Shown here: piece after piece, positions 47,760-59,591 of the stretch
Layout of the letters: each line of letters opens with the position of its first letter
Position numbering within the stretch: the stretch's first letter is position 1
Assembly: GCA_948466185.1 (NCBI GenBank)
Contig: CAOJZM010000006.1
Coordinates: forward strand, 11,448 to 75,447
Length of the DNA stretch: 64,000 bases
Source of the DNA: an uncultured Christensenella sp.
GTDB lineage: Bacteria; Bacillota; Clostridia; Christensenellales; UBA1242
Reading direction: 5' to 3'
Notes under the pieces: generated by a model
What the model was told of the DNA's origin: nothing
Database searches by the model: none
The model's input: the letters and a program-made list of their open reading frames with translations, nothing else
Translations under genes and position numbers: made by a program

Positions 47760-48476
47760 AGCTATAAATTCTCGTCCGAAACGCATTTCTTTAATGCTAT
47801 ATATGCCGTCACTACCGACAATGAAATGATCAATATATCTTACATCCAGATTTTTAAATAGCTCAATTAGATTCTTTGTTGCTTGAATGTCCTGTTTTGA
47901 CGGTTTTGCTGTTCCGCCAGGATGGTTATGAATAAAGAAAACAAATATAGGCATGGTAGAATTTAAAAATTTGGTTATGTCATTATGTTTTATTCCAACC
48001 ATATTCAATGTGCCTTTTGCGAGGCACCTTCTTCCTTTTAACTTAAACTGAGCATCAAGGCCCACAATATGCATCTGCTCTTCTTTTTCAAGCCTTACCA
48101 AATATTCACAAAAATCATAAACTTCACTCATGCCAGAAAGTAGTTCACGTTTGCCTATGCGGCACAGTGTGTAACGATGAAATATTGCGGGCATCAAGGT
48201 CAAAAGAAGAGATGCACGCTCGCCAATTCCCTGCACAGATTGCATGTCCACTGGGTCTGCATCAAGCACGCCTGCCAGATTGCCATATCTATCTAAAAGC
48301 CTATGTGCTAAAACATTCGTGTCGCCTCTTGGGAATACATATGTAAGTACAAATTCCATTACCTGAATATCACTGATATTTTCCATTCCTGAATTTATAA
48401 CTAGATTTAATAGCCTATTTCTGTGGCCTGCGTGAATATTTTTTTCATCCCTGCAAACTTTTTGAATTTTCGCCAT
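47751..48476 (-). CDS. radC: RadC-like JAB/MPN domain protein
   Basis: N-terminal HhH-like region (LLDRYGNLAGVLDADPVDMQSVQGIG) and JAB motif HNHPGGTAKPSKQD. Confidence 0.8.
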   Translation of the reverse strand: MAKIQKVCRDEKNIHAGHRNRLLNLVINSGMENISDIQVMEFVLTYVFPRGDTNVLAHRLLDRYGNLAGVLDADPVDMQSVQGIGERASLLLTLMPAIFHRYTLCRIGKRELLSGMSEVYDFCEYLVRLEKEEQMHIVGLDAQFKLKGRRCLAKGTLNMVGIKHNDITKFLNSTMPIFVFFIHNHPGGTAKPSKQDIQATKNLIELFKNLDVRYIDHFIVGSDGIYSIKEMRFGREFIALE

Positions 48477-48610
48477 AACTCCTCCAAAATCAACATCTTT
48501 CGAATATAATTATATCAAAAATATCGCATGAAAGTAAAACAAAAATTTATAGCATGAATTTTAAATTTTTTTAAATCAAATATAGTGGTTAAGTGGGAAA
48601 TTTTTAATAA

Positions 48611-50602
48611 ATGGTGTATAATAAAGATATGAATGAAAAGTTTGATTTGAAGGCTCCATATAAGCCGGCCGGTGATCAACCAGAGGCCATCAATAAACTG
48701 GTAGAGGGTATTAATGAAGGGCTAAAAGAACAAGTGTTGTTGGGTGTTACCGGAAGCGGTAAAACTTTTACAATGGCCAACATTATCCAAAAGGTAAACA
48801 AACCAACCCTAGTTATTGCACATAATAAAACATTAGCCGCACAATTATGTAATGAGTTTAGAGAATTTTTTCCAAACAACAGGGTGGAATATTTTGTTTC
48901 CTATTATGATTATTATCAGCCAGAGGCATACATAGTTTCTTCAGACACATACATTGAAAAGGACATGTCTGTTAACGAAGAAATTGACAAATTGCGTTCA
49001 AGTGCAACTTCTTCAATATTAGAGCGTAAAGATGTTATCATTGTGGCGTCAGTATCCTGTATATACGGACTAGGCAATCCTAATGAATATTACAATCTGC
49101 ATATTTCTTTACGCCCGGGAGATTTATTGGATAGGGACGAACTGCTTGCCAAACTTGTTGGAATCCAATATATGAGAAATGATATAGATTTTAAACGTTC
49201 AACATTTCGAGTTAAAGGAGAAATTGTAGACATATTTCCAGCCAATCAAAGCGAACTTGCGATTAAAGTCCAATTTTTTGGGGATGAAATTGAGCATATT
49301 TATGAGTTTGAACCAGTCAGTGGGAAGTTAATAAACGAATTAAAATATGTTGCTATCTATCCTGCCACACATTATGCTGTGGGTAAGGCTCGTATGGATA
49401 ATGCCCTATCGCAGATAGAAAGTGACAGACAGGAAGCAATAAAATCATTTGAAGCACAAGGCAAACTCATTGAGGCTGAGCGTATAGGACAAAGGGTGGC
49501 TTATGACATTGAAATGATGAGAGAGGTGGGCTTTTGTAGTGGTATTGAAAACTATTCTCGCTATTTTGATGGAAGAAACCCCGGCGAAGCACCATATACC
49601 CTGATAGACTATTTTCCAAGTGATTTTTTGACTATCATTGATGAAAGCCATATGACACTCCCACAGGTTCGGGCAATGTATAATGGTGACAAGGTAAGAA
49701 AGGCATCCCTTGTTGATTATGGTTTCAGATTGGAAGCTGCAAAGGATAATAGACCCCTTACATTTGATGAGTTCAACTCAAAGTTGAAACAGACAATTTT
49801 TGTTTCGGCGACACCTGCAAAGTATGAACTGGAAAAGTCTGGGCAGGTGGTTGAACAATTAATTCGTCCTACTGGTTTGCTTGACCCAAAAATTGAGATA
49901 AAGCCTATTGAAAATCAAGTTGAGCAGCTTATGGTGGAAATAAGGGAGGTTACAAAACGTAAAGCCCGTATTCTTGTCACAACTCTCACAAAGAAAATGG
50001 CAGAAAGCTTGACAAATTATCTTTTGGAACATGAAATCAAAGCGAAATATATGCATTCTGAAATTGATACAATGGAAAGGGTTGAAATTGTTAACGGTTT
50101 GCGTGCGGGAGAGTTTGATGTGCTGGTTGGAATAAATTTATTGCGAGAAGGTCTGGATATGCCTGAAGTGGAACTGGTTGCAATTTTGGATGCTGACAAA
50201 GAAGGATTCTTGAGAAGTGAAGGGGCACTTGTTCAAACTATTGGCAGGGCGGCACGAAATGCGAATGGAAGGGTAATTATGTTTGCAGACAATGTGACCG
50301 ACTCTATGAAACGTGCAATAGAAGAAACTGAAAGACGGCGTGCATTGCAAGAAAAATATAACAAAGAGCATGGAATTATCCCTAAAACAATTATAAAGAA
50401 AATAACAAATACACTTGACCTTTCTCAAAAGATTAAAGATGAAAAATTGTCAATTTCACAGATTCCAAAGGAAATTGAAAAGTTGACCGCAATGATGAAG
50501 ATTGCATCCAGTTCCCTTGAGTTTGAAAGAGCGATTGAACTTCGCAATAAAATCTCAGAACTCAGAAAAGAACTCGAGAAGAACTCGAAAAACAGGAAAT
50601 AA
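48611..50602 (+). CDS. uvrB: excinuclease ABC subunit B
   Basis: Contains [15 protein letters not shown], helicase motifs and a C-terminal UVR domain ([19 protein letters not shown]). Confidence 0.95.
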   Translation: MVYNKDMNEKFDLKAPYKPAGDQPEAINKLVEGINEGLKEQVLLGVTGSGKTFTMANIIQKVNKPTLVIAHNKTLAAQLCNEFREFFPNNRVEYFVSYYDYYQPEAYIVSSDTYIEKDMSVNEEIDKLRSSATSSILERKDVIIVASVSCIYGLGNPNEYYNLHISLRPGDLLDRDELLAKLVGIQYMRNDIDFKRSTFRVKGEIVDIFPANQSELAIKVQFFGDEIEHIYEFEPVSGKLINELKYVAIYPATHYAVGKARMDNALSQIESDRQEAIKSFEAQGKLIEAERIGQRVAYDIEMMREVGFCSGIENYSRYFDGRNPGEAPYTLIDYFPSDFLTIIDESHMTLPQVRAMYNGDKVRKASLVDYGFRLEAAKDNRPLTFDEFNSKLKQTIFVSATPAKYELEKSGQVVEQLIRPTGLLDPKIEIKPIENQVEQLMVEIREVTKRKARILVTTLTKKMAESLTNYLLEHEIKAKYMHSEIDTMERVEIVNGLRAGEFDVLVGINLLREGLDMPEVELVAILDADKEGFLRSEGALVQTIGRAARNANGRVIMFADNVTDSMKRAIEETERRRALQEKYNKEHGIIPKTIIKKITNTLDLSQKIKDEKLSISQIPKEIEKLTAMMKIASSSLEFERAIELRNKISELRKELEKNSKNRK

Positions 50603-50647
50603 GCCTTTGTTTTGTCAGTTGTTTTATGATATAATTATTCCATACTA

Positions 50648-51100
50648 TTGGAGGACAATATGGAAAACCCAACAAATGAAAAAATAAAAATTGCTATGGC
50701 ACAAATGAAGTATGTTAAAAGTGGTTTATTAGGGTTATATTATTATTGGACAAAACCAATGGAAGCGCATAGATCTCTTCGGGAAGCAGAAATCTTGAAA
50801 ATTTCTGATGAGCTTTTGAAGATTGAGGACATAGATATAAAACTAACTCGTAATGGGTTTAATAGAAATTATAATGATTCTGCTATTGAGGTGTTAAAAC
50901 AGATTCCAGATAACTATTTTTATATGAATACAATGGGGCATATATATGCTTATTCGCTCAAAGTGAAAAAACCATCAAAGCGGGATGAATATGTTAAGGC
51001 TCGCGTTAGTTTATTTAGAGGAATTGATGTGCCACAAGATATAGTAGATCAAGAAGTGCTATTCGATGATAATTTTTCTTCTCCCGAAGATGAGCAATAA
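50648..51100 (+). CDS. hypothetical protein between uvrB and uvrA
   Basis: 150-aa ORF with no recognised motif. Confidence 0.5.
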   Translation: MEDNMENPTNEKIKIAMAQMKYVKSGLLGLYYYWTKPMEAHRSLREAEILKISDELLKIEDIDIKLTRNGFNRNYNDSAIEVLKQIPDNYFYMNTMGHIYAYSLKVKKPSKRDEYVKARVSLFRGIDVPQDIVDQEVLFDDNFSSPEDEQ

Positions 51101-51183
51101 ACAGAAAAACACAGCAAAAACAACTGCTGTTTTTTTCTTCCAATTTGTTTGATATTGTGCGGGAAAAGGGGTATAATATCCAT

Positions 51184-54015
51184 ATGAAAAATTCAATTTT
51201 AATCACAGGTGCAAAAGAAAATAATCTTAAAAACGTCAGTTTGGAAATACCAAAAAACAAATTGATTGTTTTTACTGGAGTAAGCGGTTCGGGCAAAAGT
51301 AGCCTTGCGTTTGGAACAATCTTTGCAGAGGGGCAAAGACGTTACATTGAAAGTCTTTCTTCCTATGCCCGTCAGTTTTTAGGTCAAGCACAAAAACCAG
51401 ACGTTGAGTCTATTGATGGATTGAGCCCAGCAATTTCAATTGACCAAAAGACCACCAACCATAACCCTCGTTCAACTGTTGGAACTGTTACCGAGATATA
51501 TGATTATATAAGATTGTTATATGCTCGTGTTGGGATTCCATATTGCCCGCATTGCAATAAGCCTATTTCGCAGCAAACAATCGATCAAATTGTTGATACA
51601 GTATTTAATTACACAGAAGGCAGTAAACTCACCATACTTGCACCTATCGCAAGAGGACAAAAGGGAGCATTTGTCAAGACCTTTGAAAGTTTAAAAAAAT
51701 CTGGTTATGCAAGGGTGAAAGTGGATGGGAATATTTACTCCCTTGACGAAGAAATCACGCTTGACAAGAACTTGAAACATGATATATATGCGGTTATCGA
51801 CCGTATTGTGCTTAAAGAAAGTGCAAAAACAAGACTAACTGACAGCCTTGAAACTGCATTAAAACTCGGAGAAGGACTTGCTGTTGTTGACAATGATGGA
51901 AGTGAGGAGACTTTCAGTACAAACTATGCTTGCCCAGACTGTGGATGGACACTGGAAGAAGTGACGCCAAGAATATTTTCCTTTAACGCACCATATGGTG
52001 CCTGCCCAAACTGTAGTGGACTTGGCGTTGTGACCGACTTTGATGAGGCACTTGTCCTTAAAAATGGAGACCAGTCCATAAATGAGGGGGCATTTAATAT
52101 TACGGGCTGGAGGATGGATGAGGGGTCACTAACAAGCAGATATCTAAAAGCTGTTGCAAAAAGGTATGATATAGACCTAAATACACCGGTAAATAAACTT
52201 CCTCGCAAAAAGCTTGATATTTTACTTTACGGTAATGATGGTGAAAAGCTTGATATTTATGAAAATGAAGCAAAAAACAAAACCTTTGAGCATTATAATG
52301 GCAAAAAAGCGTTGTCTTTTGAAGGAATAATAAACAATCTTAAAAGACGTATGGCTTCAGGCAAAAGCGAATTTATCCGACTGGAAATTGCCAAATTTGT
52401 GCGTGAGCAAACCTGCCCTGTATGCCATGGGAAACGATTAAATGAAGCAGCATTGTCAATCAAGGTAAACAAAAAAGATATTGCTGACACCTGCGATATG
52501 TGTGTTGGAGACCTTGTTCCATACTTTCATAATTTGAAATTAAATAAAACAGAATCTGCAATTGCCCAAAGCATTTTGAAGGAAATAAATGCGAGACTAA
52601 AGTTCTTGGATGATGTGGGATTGAATTATTTAACACTTTCACGTTCTGCCGAAAGTTTGTCGGGTGGAGAAGCACAGCGTATAAGGCTTGCAACCCAGAT
52701 TGGAAGTGGACTTAGCGGAGTGTTATATATCCTTGATGAGCCAAGCATTGGTTTACATCAACGTGATAATGAAAGGCTTATTGGCACCATGAAACATCTT
52801 CGTGACCTAGGCAACACACTTATCGTTGTCGAACATGATGAGGATACCATTCGGACGGCGGATTGGATTGTTGATGTGGGGCCATATGCTGGAGTTCATG
52901 GCGGTGATATTATTGGGTCTGGAACACTGGAGGAAATACTCAAGAACAAAAACTCTGTAACTGCAAGATTTTTGACAGGGGAAGAGAAGATTGAAGTGCC
53001 TAAGCAAAGAAGACAAGCAAGCAAATATTTAAAAGTTAAGGGTGCAAGAGAAAACAATTTAAGGGACATTGATGTGGATATACCTCTTGGAGTGTTTACC
53101 GCCGTGACGGGAGTTTCTGGCAGCGGGAAGTCAAGTCTTGTTAATGAAATTCTTTTCCCTTATCTTTCAAACACGCTTAATGGTAGCAGACTGGAACTTG
53201 GTAAGTTTGGAAAAATTGAGGGAGTTAAAGAGCTTGATAAGGTTATCTGTATTGATCAATCCCCAATTGGAAGAACTCCACGTTCAAACCCTGCCACCTA
53301 TGTGGGACTTTTTACCGCAATCCGAGACCTATTTGCAAGTACGCCAGACGCACGTTCTCGGGGATACAGTTCTGGAAGATTTAGTTTCAATATAAAAGGT
53401 GGCCGTTGTGACGCATGTGAGGGTGCGGGTGTAAAGGAAATTGAGATGTACTTTCTGCCAGATATTACCGTGCCATGTGAAGTATGTAAAGGAAAGCGAT
53501 ACAACCGTGAAACATTGGAGGTACACTACAAAGGAAAAACAATTTCGGATGTGCTGGATATGACAATTGAAGAGGCGCTGGCGTTCTTCGAAAATGTTCC
53601 ATCAATAAAAACCAAAGTCAAAGCTCTTTATGATGTTGGGCTTGGTTATATAAAATTAGGTCAACCAGCAACCACGCTTTCAGGAGGCGAGGCGCAGAGA
53701 GTTAAACTTGCCTCTGAACTTGCACGTAAGTCTACAGGGAAAACAATTTATCTTCTTGATGAGCCAACAACTGGGCTTCATATGTATGATATTAAAAAAC
53801 TCATAGCTATTTTGAATAGATTGGTTGACAGTGGCAATACGGTGGTTGTTATTGAACACAATCTTGATGTAATCAAATGTGCCGATCATATTATCGACCT
53901 TGGTCCTGAAGGTGGAAGCGGCGGCGGAACAATTGTGGCAGAGGGAACGCCAGAAGAAATCATGCTTGTACCTGCAAGCCACACAGGCAGATTTTTACGT
54001 AAAATATTAAATTAG
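51184..54015 (+). CDS. uvrA: excinuclease ABC subunit A
   Basis: [18 protein letters not shown]..., [12 protein letters not shown], Zn-finger CPxC motifs and a second ABC module [14 protein letters not shown] at 51184 fits the family N-terminus better than the listed 51145. Confidence 0.95.
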   Translation: MKNSILITGAKENNLKNVSLEIPKNKLIVFTGVSGSGKSSLAFGTIFAEGQRRYIESLSSYARQFLGQAQKPDVESIDGLSPAISIDQKTTNHNPRSTVGTVTEIYDYIRLLYARVGIPYCPHCNKPISQQTIDQIVDTVFNYTEGSKLTILAPIARGQKGAFVKTFESLKKSGYARVKVDGNIYSLDEEITLDKNLKHDIYAVIDRIVLKESAKTRLTDSLETALKLGEGLAVVDNDGSEETFSTNYACPDCGWTLEEVTPRIFSFNAPYGACPNCSGLGVVTDFDEALVLKNGDQSINEGAFNITGWRMDEGSLTSRYLKAVAKRYDIDLNTPVNKLPRKKLDILLYGNDGEKLDIYENEAKNKTFEHYNGKKALSFEGIINNLKRRMASGKSEFIRLEIAKFVREQTCPVCHGKRLNEAALSIKVNKKDIADTCDMCVGDLVPYFHNLKLNKTESAIAQSILKEINARLKFLDDVGLNYLTLSRSAESLSGGEAQRIRLATQIGSGLSGVLYILDEPSIGLHQRDNERLIGTMKHLRDLGNTLIVVEHDEDTIRTADWIVDVGPYAGVHGGDIIGSGTLEEILKNKNSVTARFLTGEEKIEVPKQRRQASKYLKVKGARENNLRDIDVDIPLGVFTAVTGVSGSGKSSLVNEILFPYLSNTLNGSRLELGKFGKIEGVKELDKVICIDQSPIGRTPRSNPATYVGLFTAIRDLFASTPDARSRGYSSGRFSFNIKGGRCDACEGAGVKEIEMYFLPDITVPCEVCKGKRYNRETLEVHYKGKTISDVLDMTIEEALAFFENVPSIKTKVKALYDVGLGYIKLGQPATTLSGGEAQRVKLASELARKSTGKTIYLLDEPTTGLHMYDIKKLIAILNRLVDSGNTVVVIEHNLDVIKCADHIIDLGPEGGSGGGTIVAEGTPEEIMLVPASHTGRFLRKILN

Positions 54016-54036
54016 ATGCATTGTTGCATCTTTTTT
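54015..54036 (+). terminator. rho-independent terminator after uvrA
   Basis: Stem gatgca, loop ttgt, stem tgcatc, then TTTTTT. Confidence 0.7.
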
Positions 54037-54260
54037 ATTTATATCTTAATGCTGGGTGCAAAATATGTGAGGGTAAAAACTAACACAAATAAAACAATAA
54101 GACCACATATTGCAAGATAATTTCTCTTCATACAAGAAATATTGTCACAAATTACAGTATTTAACCATAAATTTTTTCAAATATATATTGCAAAATATTT
54201 TTATTTGACTTTTGGAAATCAGTGTGATAACATGAAGTTACTATTTATGGAGGCAGGGAA

Positions 54261-55835
54261 ATGCAAGAAAAATTTTATATCACAACACCAATTTATTACC
54301 CAAGCAATAAATTTACACTTGGAAATTGTTATACCACAGTGATTTGTGATGCAGTGGCAAGATTTAATCGAAAACAAGGCAAAGACGTTTTTTACCTGAC
54401 TGGAACAGATGAGCATGGCCAAAAAATCAGCCAGTCAGCTGCAAAAGTTGGCAAAACTGAAATGGAATATTTAAATGACATTGTAGATGATGCCAAAAAG
54501 CTTTGGAATCTGCTGGGTATATCATATGACAAATTTATTCGCACCACTGACGAATATCATGTTAGTGCGGTGCAAAAGATTTTCCGTGAACTTTATGACA
54601 AGGGATATATTTATAAAGGGCACTACAAAGGGCTTTATTGCACACCTTGTGAGGCTTTCTGGACTGAAAGTCAATTAATAGATGGGAAATGCCCAGATTG
54701 TGGACGAGAGGTTGCTCCACAAGAAGAGGAAGCATACTTTTTTAAACTTAGTGCATTTACTGATAAACTTTTAAAGTTGTACAAAGACAATCCTGAATTT
54801 TTACAACCCCAAACCAGAGTCAACGAAATGGTAAACAATTTCCTTAAACCTGGACTTGAAGATCTGTGCGTCACTAGGACCTCGGTTAAGTGGGGCGTGC
54901 CTGTTGACTTTGACCCTAAACATACAATTTATGTATGGATTGATGCACTCTCAAACTACATAACCGCACTTGGGTATAAAAGCATAGATGAATCGCTGTT
55001 TAAAAAGTTTTGGCCAGCCGATGTGCACATTATCGGCAAAGAGATAGTACGATTCCATGCGATAATTTGGCCAGCGTTGTTAATGGCTTTGGATATACCT
55101 CTTCCAAAACGCGTGTTCGGACATGGCTGGATGTTATTTGGCGGGGATAAACTTTCAAAAAGCAAAACTGTTGGCAGCGTTGAGTGTATAGACCCACGTG
55201 TGTTGGTGCCAAGATATTCAGCAGATGCGGTACGATATATACTGCTTCGTGAGATTCCTTTTGGCTCAGACGGAAACTATACAACTGAAATCTTCTTCAA
55301 TAGATTTAACAGTGACCTTTCCAACAATTATGGTAACTTAGTTTCAAGGACATTCAGCATGCTTAAAAAATATTTTGCTTCTGTTGTGCCAGAGTTTAAA
55401 GATGATAATCTTGAAGCAAGCAAGATTCTTAAAGATGTTGTTAAAAACGAAACGGAAAAGGTTTTTGAGTATATGAAAAACTTCGACGTTTCAAAATCAC
55501 TTATGAGCATATTCAATATTTTCTCCCAAGCAAATAAGTATATTGAAATGACTGAACCTTGGGCACTTGCAAAAGATGAAAGCAAAAAGCAAACTCTTGC
55601 AAACGTTATGAGAAATCTTTTGGAAACAATCAGAATAGGGGCAAGCCTTCTTCAGCCATTCCTTCCAGAGTGTGCCACTAAGACCTTGAGGGCTCTGAAT
55701 GTTGGCGAAAATAAAACATACGAGAATATAACGGAATTCTATGGTTTAAAGGCTGGGGATGTTGTACAGCCACTTGGAATACTCTTCCCTCGACTTGATA
55801 TAGAGGCAGAGTTTGAAGCCTTAAAGAATTTATAA
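54261..55835 (+). CDS. metG: methionine--tRNA ligase (short form without the C-terminal tRNA-binding domain)
   Basis: FYITTPIYYPSNKFTLGNCYTTV (HIGH-region variant), CPDCG zinc knuckle and KLSKSK (KMSKS). SD GGAGG upstream. Confidence 0.9.
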   Translation: MQEKFYITTPIYYPSNKFTLGNCYTTVICDAVARFNRKQGKDVFYLTGTDEHGQKISQSAAKVGKTEMEYLNDIVDDAKKLWNLLGISYDKFIRTTDEYHVSAVQKIFRELYDKGYIYKGHYKGLYCTPCEAFWTESQLIDGKCPDCGREVAPQEEEAYFFKLSAFTDKLLKLYKDNPEFLQPQTRVNEMVNNFLKPGLEDLCVTRTSVKWGVPVDFDPKHTIYVWIDALSNYITALGYKSIDESLFKKFWPADVHIIGKEIVRFHAIIWPALLMALDIPLPKRVFGHGWMLFGGDKLSKSKTVGSVECIDPRVLVPRYSADAVRYILLREIPFGSDGNYTTEIFFNRFNSDLSNNYGNLVSRTFSMLKKYFASVVPEFKDDNLEASKILKDVVKNETEKVFEYMKNFDVSKSLMSIFNIFSQANKYIEMTEPWALAKDESKKQTLANVMRNLLETIRIGASLLQPFLPECATKTLRALNVGENKTYENITEFYGLKAGDVVQPLGILFPRLDIEAEFEALKNL

Positions 55836-55837
55836 AT

Positions 55838-55871
55838 AAAAAACATTGCAATTAAGCAATGTTTTTATTTT
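55838..55871. terminator. bidirectional terminator
   Basis: Stem aaacattgc/gcaatgttt with A-run and T-run flanks, between convergent genes. Confidence 0.7.
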
Positions 55872-57580
55872 TAGTTTTCGTCCTCGTCATCTTGTTTTAC
55901 GGGTTTTGGAGTTGTTTCTTGAATAATCCTTTGCATGATGGTCTCTACAAGCTCATGTGCAGTGCCAACTGCTTGATTTGAAATTTCAGTTTTTAACTTT
56001 TTATCAGTTGTTAATGCGATAATAGTATTAAAATATTCTCGTACATAAGTACTCATATTAACTTTTTTTGAAACTGCGTTAAATTTTTTTGGCTGACCTT
56101 TCTCTACAACATTCCTTATTTCATCAAGATTTAAAAAGTGCTCAATATCAATTCCTAGTTGTCTAATTATTTCTTTTGCGGCGTAAACAAGATTTTTTTC
56201 ACCAAATCTACCATTATAAGATATTTCATTGATAAGGGTGCAACTGTTTTTGATTACATCATTTCTTAAAAATCTATCTGGACTTTTTGCCATTCCAGTA
56301 TTTACTTTTTTAGGCGCTGTTTTTGGATCGGCTTTTAATATAGGATTAGCAGGTTTTACTTGAGTGGCAGGCACTGCAGTTTGAGTTATTCTGCTTTTGT
56401 TCTTGGCCTTAGTCGCACTATGAATATTACCAGTATTTTGGGCTGCAAGTTTAGCATCTTTAACAGCGGCTTCAACTATTTCATTAAGTTTATCATGGTC
56501 ATTAATAGTTTCAATAACATCTATAAGAGGGTTCATAATTGCGGTTACGAAATCGTCATCCACTTCTGCATTAATTTTATCACAAAGAATAACCATTTCA
56601 AATAATACTCTTGCCACCTTTTCTGGATTTGCAACACGGCTGGTAACGGTTCCAGTTGCTCTGTCAAGTTCGCCGAATCCAGCACGTTCTTGTAAGCATT
56701 TAAGAGCAGTAAATATTCCGCTTTTGCCATTTTTTAAAAGCTCTGAATAGTCAGTTTGTTCTTTAGATGGAGTCAAATCAGATAAAAATCTTGCATTCAT
56801 AAGAGGGTCTTTATGGTAAAACTCGAAATATGAAACAATCTGACCTTTATTATCAACAGTAACCATAGGATTTGCCGTACCATTATCAATGCCAACTTGG
56901 AGGTATTCCATTGGGTTTATAGAATGCATTAAGCTGGCAAGGGAAAGGTCGTGGTAAAGCCCGTCTATTTGACTTTCTTTCAACCCAGATTTTTGTGTTA
57001 AAAGAGAACGAACTTCTTCTCTGATTTTTTCAGTTGTAATTTCTCCGTTTACTTTATTATTATTGATTATACTCATAACAAGAGGCTCAAAAGATTTTTC
57101 CATTTCGATGCCTATTTCAGAGCTGTTTGCAGTGAGTTTTGCTTTTGCAACGCTGTAAAGAATTGTTGAGATAGGGGAATATGAATTAAAATTCTCAGTA
57201 TCTTTAATATTGTCATATGCTTCAACAATTTTATTCGCATAAGCAACCTTGCAGTCCTTACTCTTAAGGTATTCAATCAGGTTTTCAGTTTTTGCTTTCC
57301 CTGTTATAGATTTTAATTTAAGTGCCTTAATATCAGCGTCAAGAGTATTGGTTGTTGAGGCTACGGCATTCATGCCAGAAATTGATTGACGGTGCAATCT
57401 TCTTGCAAGATCATTCAATTGTCTGTCGAAAGCAAATTTAACAAGCATAGAGTTTGCAGAAAGAAATGCAATAGGCATATTGGTCTTTTTCAAATCTGCA
57501 ATAGCAGTGTTTGCCATTTTATCATATTTTCCGTTTAAGAGAAGTTCAGTTAAGTGTTTTAATGCAATATTTGAACTCAT
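55871..57580 (-). CDS. hypothetical 569-aa soluble protein with a Lys/Pro-rich internal linker
   Basis: Long ORF with its own promoter and terminator. No TM and no recognised motif. Confidence 0.6.
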   Translation of the reverse strand: MSSNIALKHLTELLLNGKYDKMANTAIADLKKTNMPIAFLSANSMLVKFAFDRQLNDLARRLHRQSISGMNAVASTTNTLDADIKALKLKSITGKAKTENLIEYLKSKDCKVAYANKIVEAYDNIKDTENFNSYSPISTILYSVAKAKLTANSSEIGIEMEKSFEPLVMSIINNNKVNGEITTEKIREEVRSLLTQKSGLKESQIDGLYHDLSLASLMHSINPMEYLQVGIDNGTANPMVTVDNKGQIVSYFEFYHKDPLMNARFLSDLTPSKEQTDYSELLKNGKSGIFTALKCLQERAGFGELDRATGTVTSRVANPEKVARVLFEMVILCDKINAEVDDDFVTAIMNPLIDVIETINDHDKLNEIVEAAVKDAKLAAQNTGNIHSATKAKNKSRITQTAVPATQVKPANPILKADPKTAPKKVNTGMAKSPDRFLRNDVIKNSCTLINEISYNGRFGEKNLVYAAKEIIRQLGIDIEHFLNLDEIRNVVEKGQPKKFNAVSKKVNMSTYVREYFNTIIALTTDKKLKTEISNQAVGTAHELVETIMQRIIQETTPKPVKQDDEDEN

Positions 57581-57608
57581 TTTTGTTTTCCCTCCTAATT
57601 TCTATTCT

Positions 57609-57637
57609 ATTTTAGCACACTTTGTTACAGTTTTCAA
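57609..57637 (-). promoter_or_regulatory. sigma-A-type promoter of 55871..57580
   Basis: On the minus strand: TTGAAA (57637-57632), a 17-nt spacer, then TAAAAT (57614-57609). Confidence 0.5.
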
Positions 57638-57649
57638 GGGGTAAAATAC

Positions 57650-57682
57650 AAAAAACCGGCTAAATTTTAGCGATTTAGCCAG
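57650..57682 (-). terminator. rho-independent terminator after the htrA-like gene
   Basis: Stem ggctaaat/atttagcc (57658-57665/57673-57680). A T-run follows on the minus strand. Confidence 0.65.
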
Positions 57683-57701
57683 TTTTATTGTATACTTAAG
57701 T

Positions 57702-58730
57702 TTATTTTTGCGTGAAAGTAAGTCCTACCTGCTCAATTTTTCCGTTTCTTACATATGTTATTGTCACAGTGTCGCCAGCATTAAATTTAAATAAAGCTAT
57801 TTTTAAGTCGTGCATGCTTTTGATTTCATAATTACCTATTCCAGTTATAACATCTCCCTTTTGAAGTCCTGCATTTTGTGCTGGCCCACTTGTTGAAACA
57901 ATGAAAACTCCTTCTTGTCCAAGACTTTCTCCATATACCTGTGCCAGCTCACTATCAAAGCCGAACATCCCCATATATGGCACTTTATAATTATTATCAT
58001 CAATTATTCTATTCATTATGGCACTGCCAACTTCAATCGGATTTGCAAAGCCAAGTCCTTCGCCTTCGGTTGCTTTTAAGGTGTTTATTCCCACAACTTC
58101 GCCCTGCGTGTTGATAAGAGGCCCTCCGCTGTTACCGGGGTTTATGCTGGCATCATGTTGTACAAGTGATTGGAGGAAATTGCTTCCATTATCGCTCTCG
58201 ACCTCCAATGTACGATTCAACGCACTGACAATACCTTTAGTCACTGTATGTTTGAATTGTAGTGTGAGGGGAGTGCCAAGTGCATATACTGTTTCGCCTA
58301 CTCTTAAGTCTTTACTTTTTCCAGCTCTCAGATATGGTATTTCACGCGATGACTTCAAAATTGCAAGGTCAAGCCCAGCATCTTTCCAAAGCACATTCGC
58401 TGACCCAGTGGATTTATCTGCAAAGTAAAGGGTGATGTTTTTTCCATCTTCAATGACATGATTATTTGTGAGAATATATCCGCCATTTGTTATCGCAACT
58501 CCGCTTCCGATTGAGTAACCATAGTTCAAATCTACCGATATTCCGACCACCGCACTTCTTGCCTTGTCCAGCATTTCAATTTCATCGGTGTTATCAAGAG
58601 AGATTTCTCTTACTCTCATATCCACAGTTTTATCTATATATTCTGCTTTATTAGGATTAGTTGTGCAACCGCAAAATAGAGCGGAAGTTCCCAGAAGCAA
58701 AAAAGCAACAAGCGTCTTTGATTTTATCAT
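57702..58730 (-). CDS. HtrA/DegP-family serine protease (trypsin-like domain plus PDZ), exported
   Basis: Signal/anchor LVAFLLLGTSALFCGC. Triad context is TNNHVIE, DLAILK and GNSGGPLIN. C-terminal PDZ-like region. Confidence 0.85.
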   Translation of the reverse strand: MIKSKTLVAFLLLGTSALFCGCTTNPNKAEYIDKTVDMRVREISLDNTDEIEMLDKARSAVVGISVDLNYGYSIGSGVAITNGGYILTNNHVIEDGKNITLYFADKSTGSANVLWKDAGLDLAILKSSREIPYLRAGKSKDLRVGETVYALGTPLTLQFKHTVTKGIVSALNRTLEVESDNGSNFLQSLVQHDASINPGNSGGPLINTQGEVVGINTLKATEGEGLGFANPIEVGSAIMNRIIDDNNYKVPYMGMFGFDSELAQVYGESLGQEGVFIVSTSGPAQNAGLQKGDVITGIGNYEIKSMHDLKIALFKFNAGDTVTITYVRNGKIEQVGLTFTQK

Positions 58731-58766
58731 TTAACCCTCCTGATTTGGTTTGGAAGGTTGCAACGT

Positions 58767-59549
58767 TTATCTTAATCTAAAGAATACACCCGGTTTTGTT
58801 GAAGCCACATCAATTTTTATATCTTCTCCCTCTTTGATTCCGCGAGGAGAGAGATTGTCACACATAAAGCTGTAAGCAAGCTCAGGACGATTATTTTCTT
58901 TGCTAAGGTGTGAAAGCACAATTTGTCTTGTGCCTGTTCTGGCAAGAAAATCAATTGCGTCACAACTTGCACTGTTAGATAAATGTCCGTTTGGACCATC
59001 TATTCGTCTTTTAAGTGATAGAGGATAACGCACGCTTTCCATCAGGAGCTTTTTATCATAATTTGCTTCAAGATAAACCAGTTGACTGTTTGCAATACTT
59101 CCAAGTATTCTATCGTTAGTATGTCCCAAATCTGTCAAAATACTTACCTTTTTGTCATTATTTATAAAACTAAAACCGAAGCAATCAACATCATGAGGAA
59201 TTTCCACTGGTTTGATGTCTAAATTTTTATAGGTAAATTCATCTGCAAAAGCTTTTCTATTGGTGGCACTCATCCGCCTTGCTTTATAATCGAAACTATT
59301 CCAAACTTTTTCATGTGCAAAAACAGGGGTGTTATATTTGTTTGAAAAAACATCTATTCCTTTTGTATGGTCAATATGGTCATGAGTCAAAAAAATGGCA
59401 TCAATTTCTGTTGGTTTGACCCCAATTATTGCCAAACGATTTGTTATTTCGCTGGCAGAAAGTCCCGCGTCAACCAAAACCTTAACGCCTTCATTTTCTA
59501 AATATGTAACATTCCCATCACTCCCCGAAGCGAGATTTATTATACGCAT
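58767..59549 (-). CDS. MBL-fold metallo-hydrolase, YycJ/WalJ-like
   Basis: Contains LTHDHIDHTKG (HxHxDH). 260 aa. The position upstream of an htrA-like gene mirrors yycJ-yyxA synteny in Bacillus. Confidence 0.75.
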   Translation of the reverse strand: MRIINLASGSDGNVTYLENEGVKVLVDAGLSASEITNRLAIIGVKPTEIDAIFLTHDHIDHTKGIDVFSNKYNTPVFAHEKVWNSFDYKARRMSATNRKAFADEFTYKNLDIKPVEIPHDVDCFGFSFINNDKKVSILTDLGHTNDRILGSIANSQLVYLEANYDKKLLMESVRYPLSLKRRIDGPNGHLSNSASCDAIDFLARTGTRQIVLSHLSKENNRPELAYSFMCDNLSPRGIKEGEDIKIDVASTKPGVFFRLR

Positions 59550-59591
59550 AGAATGATTATAACATATTTTTTGTTTATTACAATAAATTTT

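Noticed and set aside
54039-54131. A 30-aa hydrophobic minus-strand mini-ORF (MKRNYLAICGLIVLFVLVFTLTYFAPSIKI)
   Set aside because: There is no recognisable SD before the ATG and it overlaps the uvrA terminator region. It is too short to support from sequence alone, but worth a look in Ribo-seq data.
54037-54260. T-box leader or other riboswitch upstream of metG
   Set aside because: The gap is only ~225 nt. I could not find a T-box consensus (AGGGUGGNACCGCG-like) or a terminator/antiterminator pair. It looks like a plain promoter region, possibly TTGACT-17-TAACAT.
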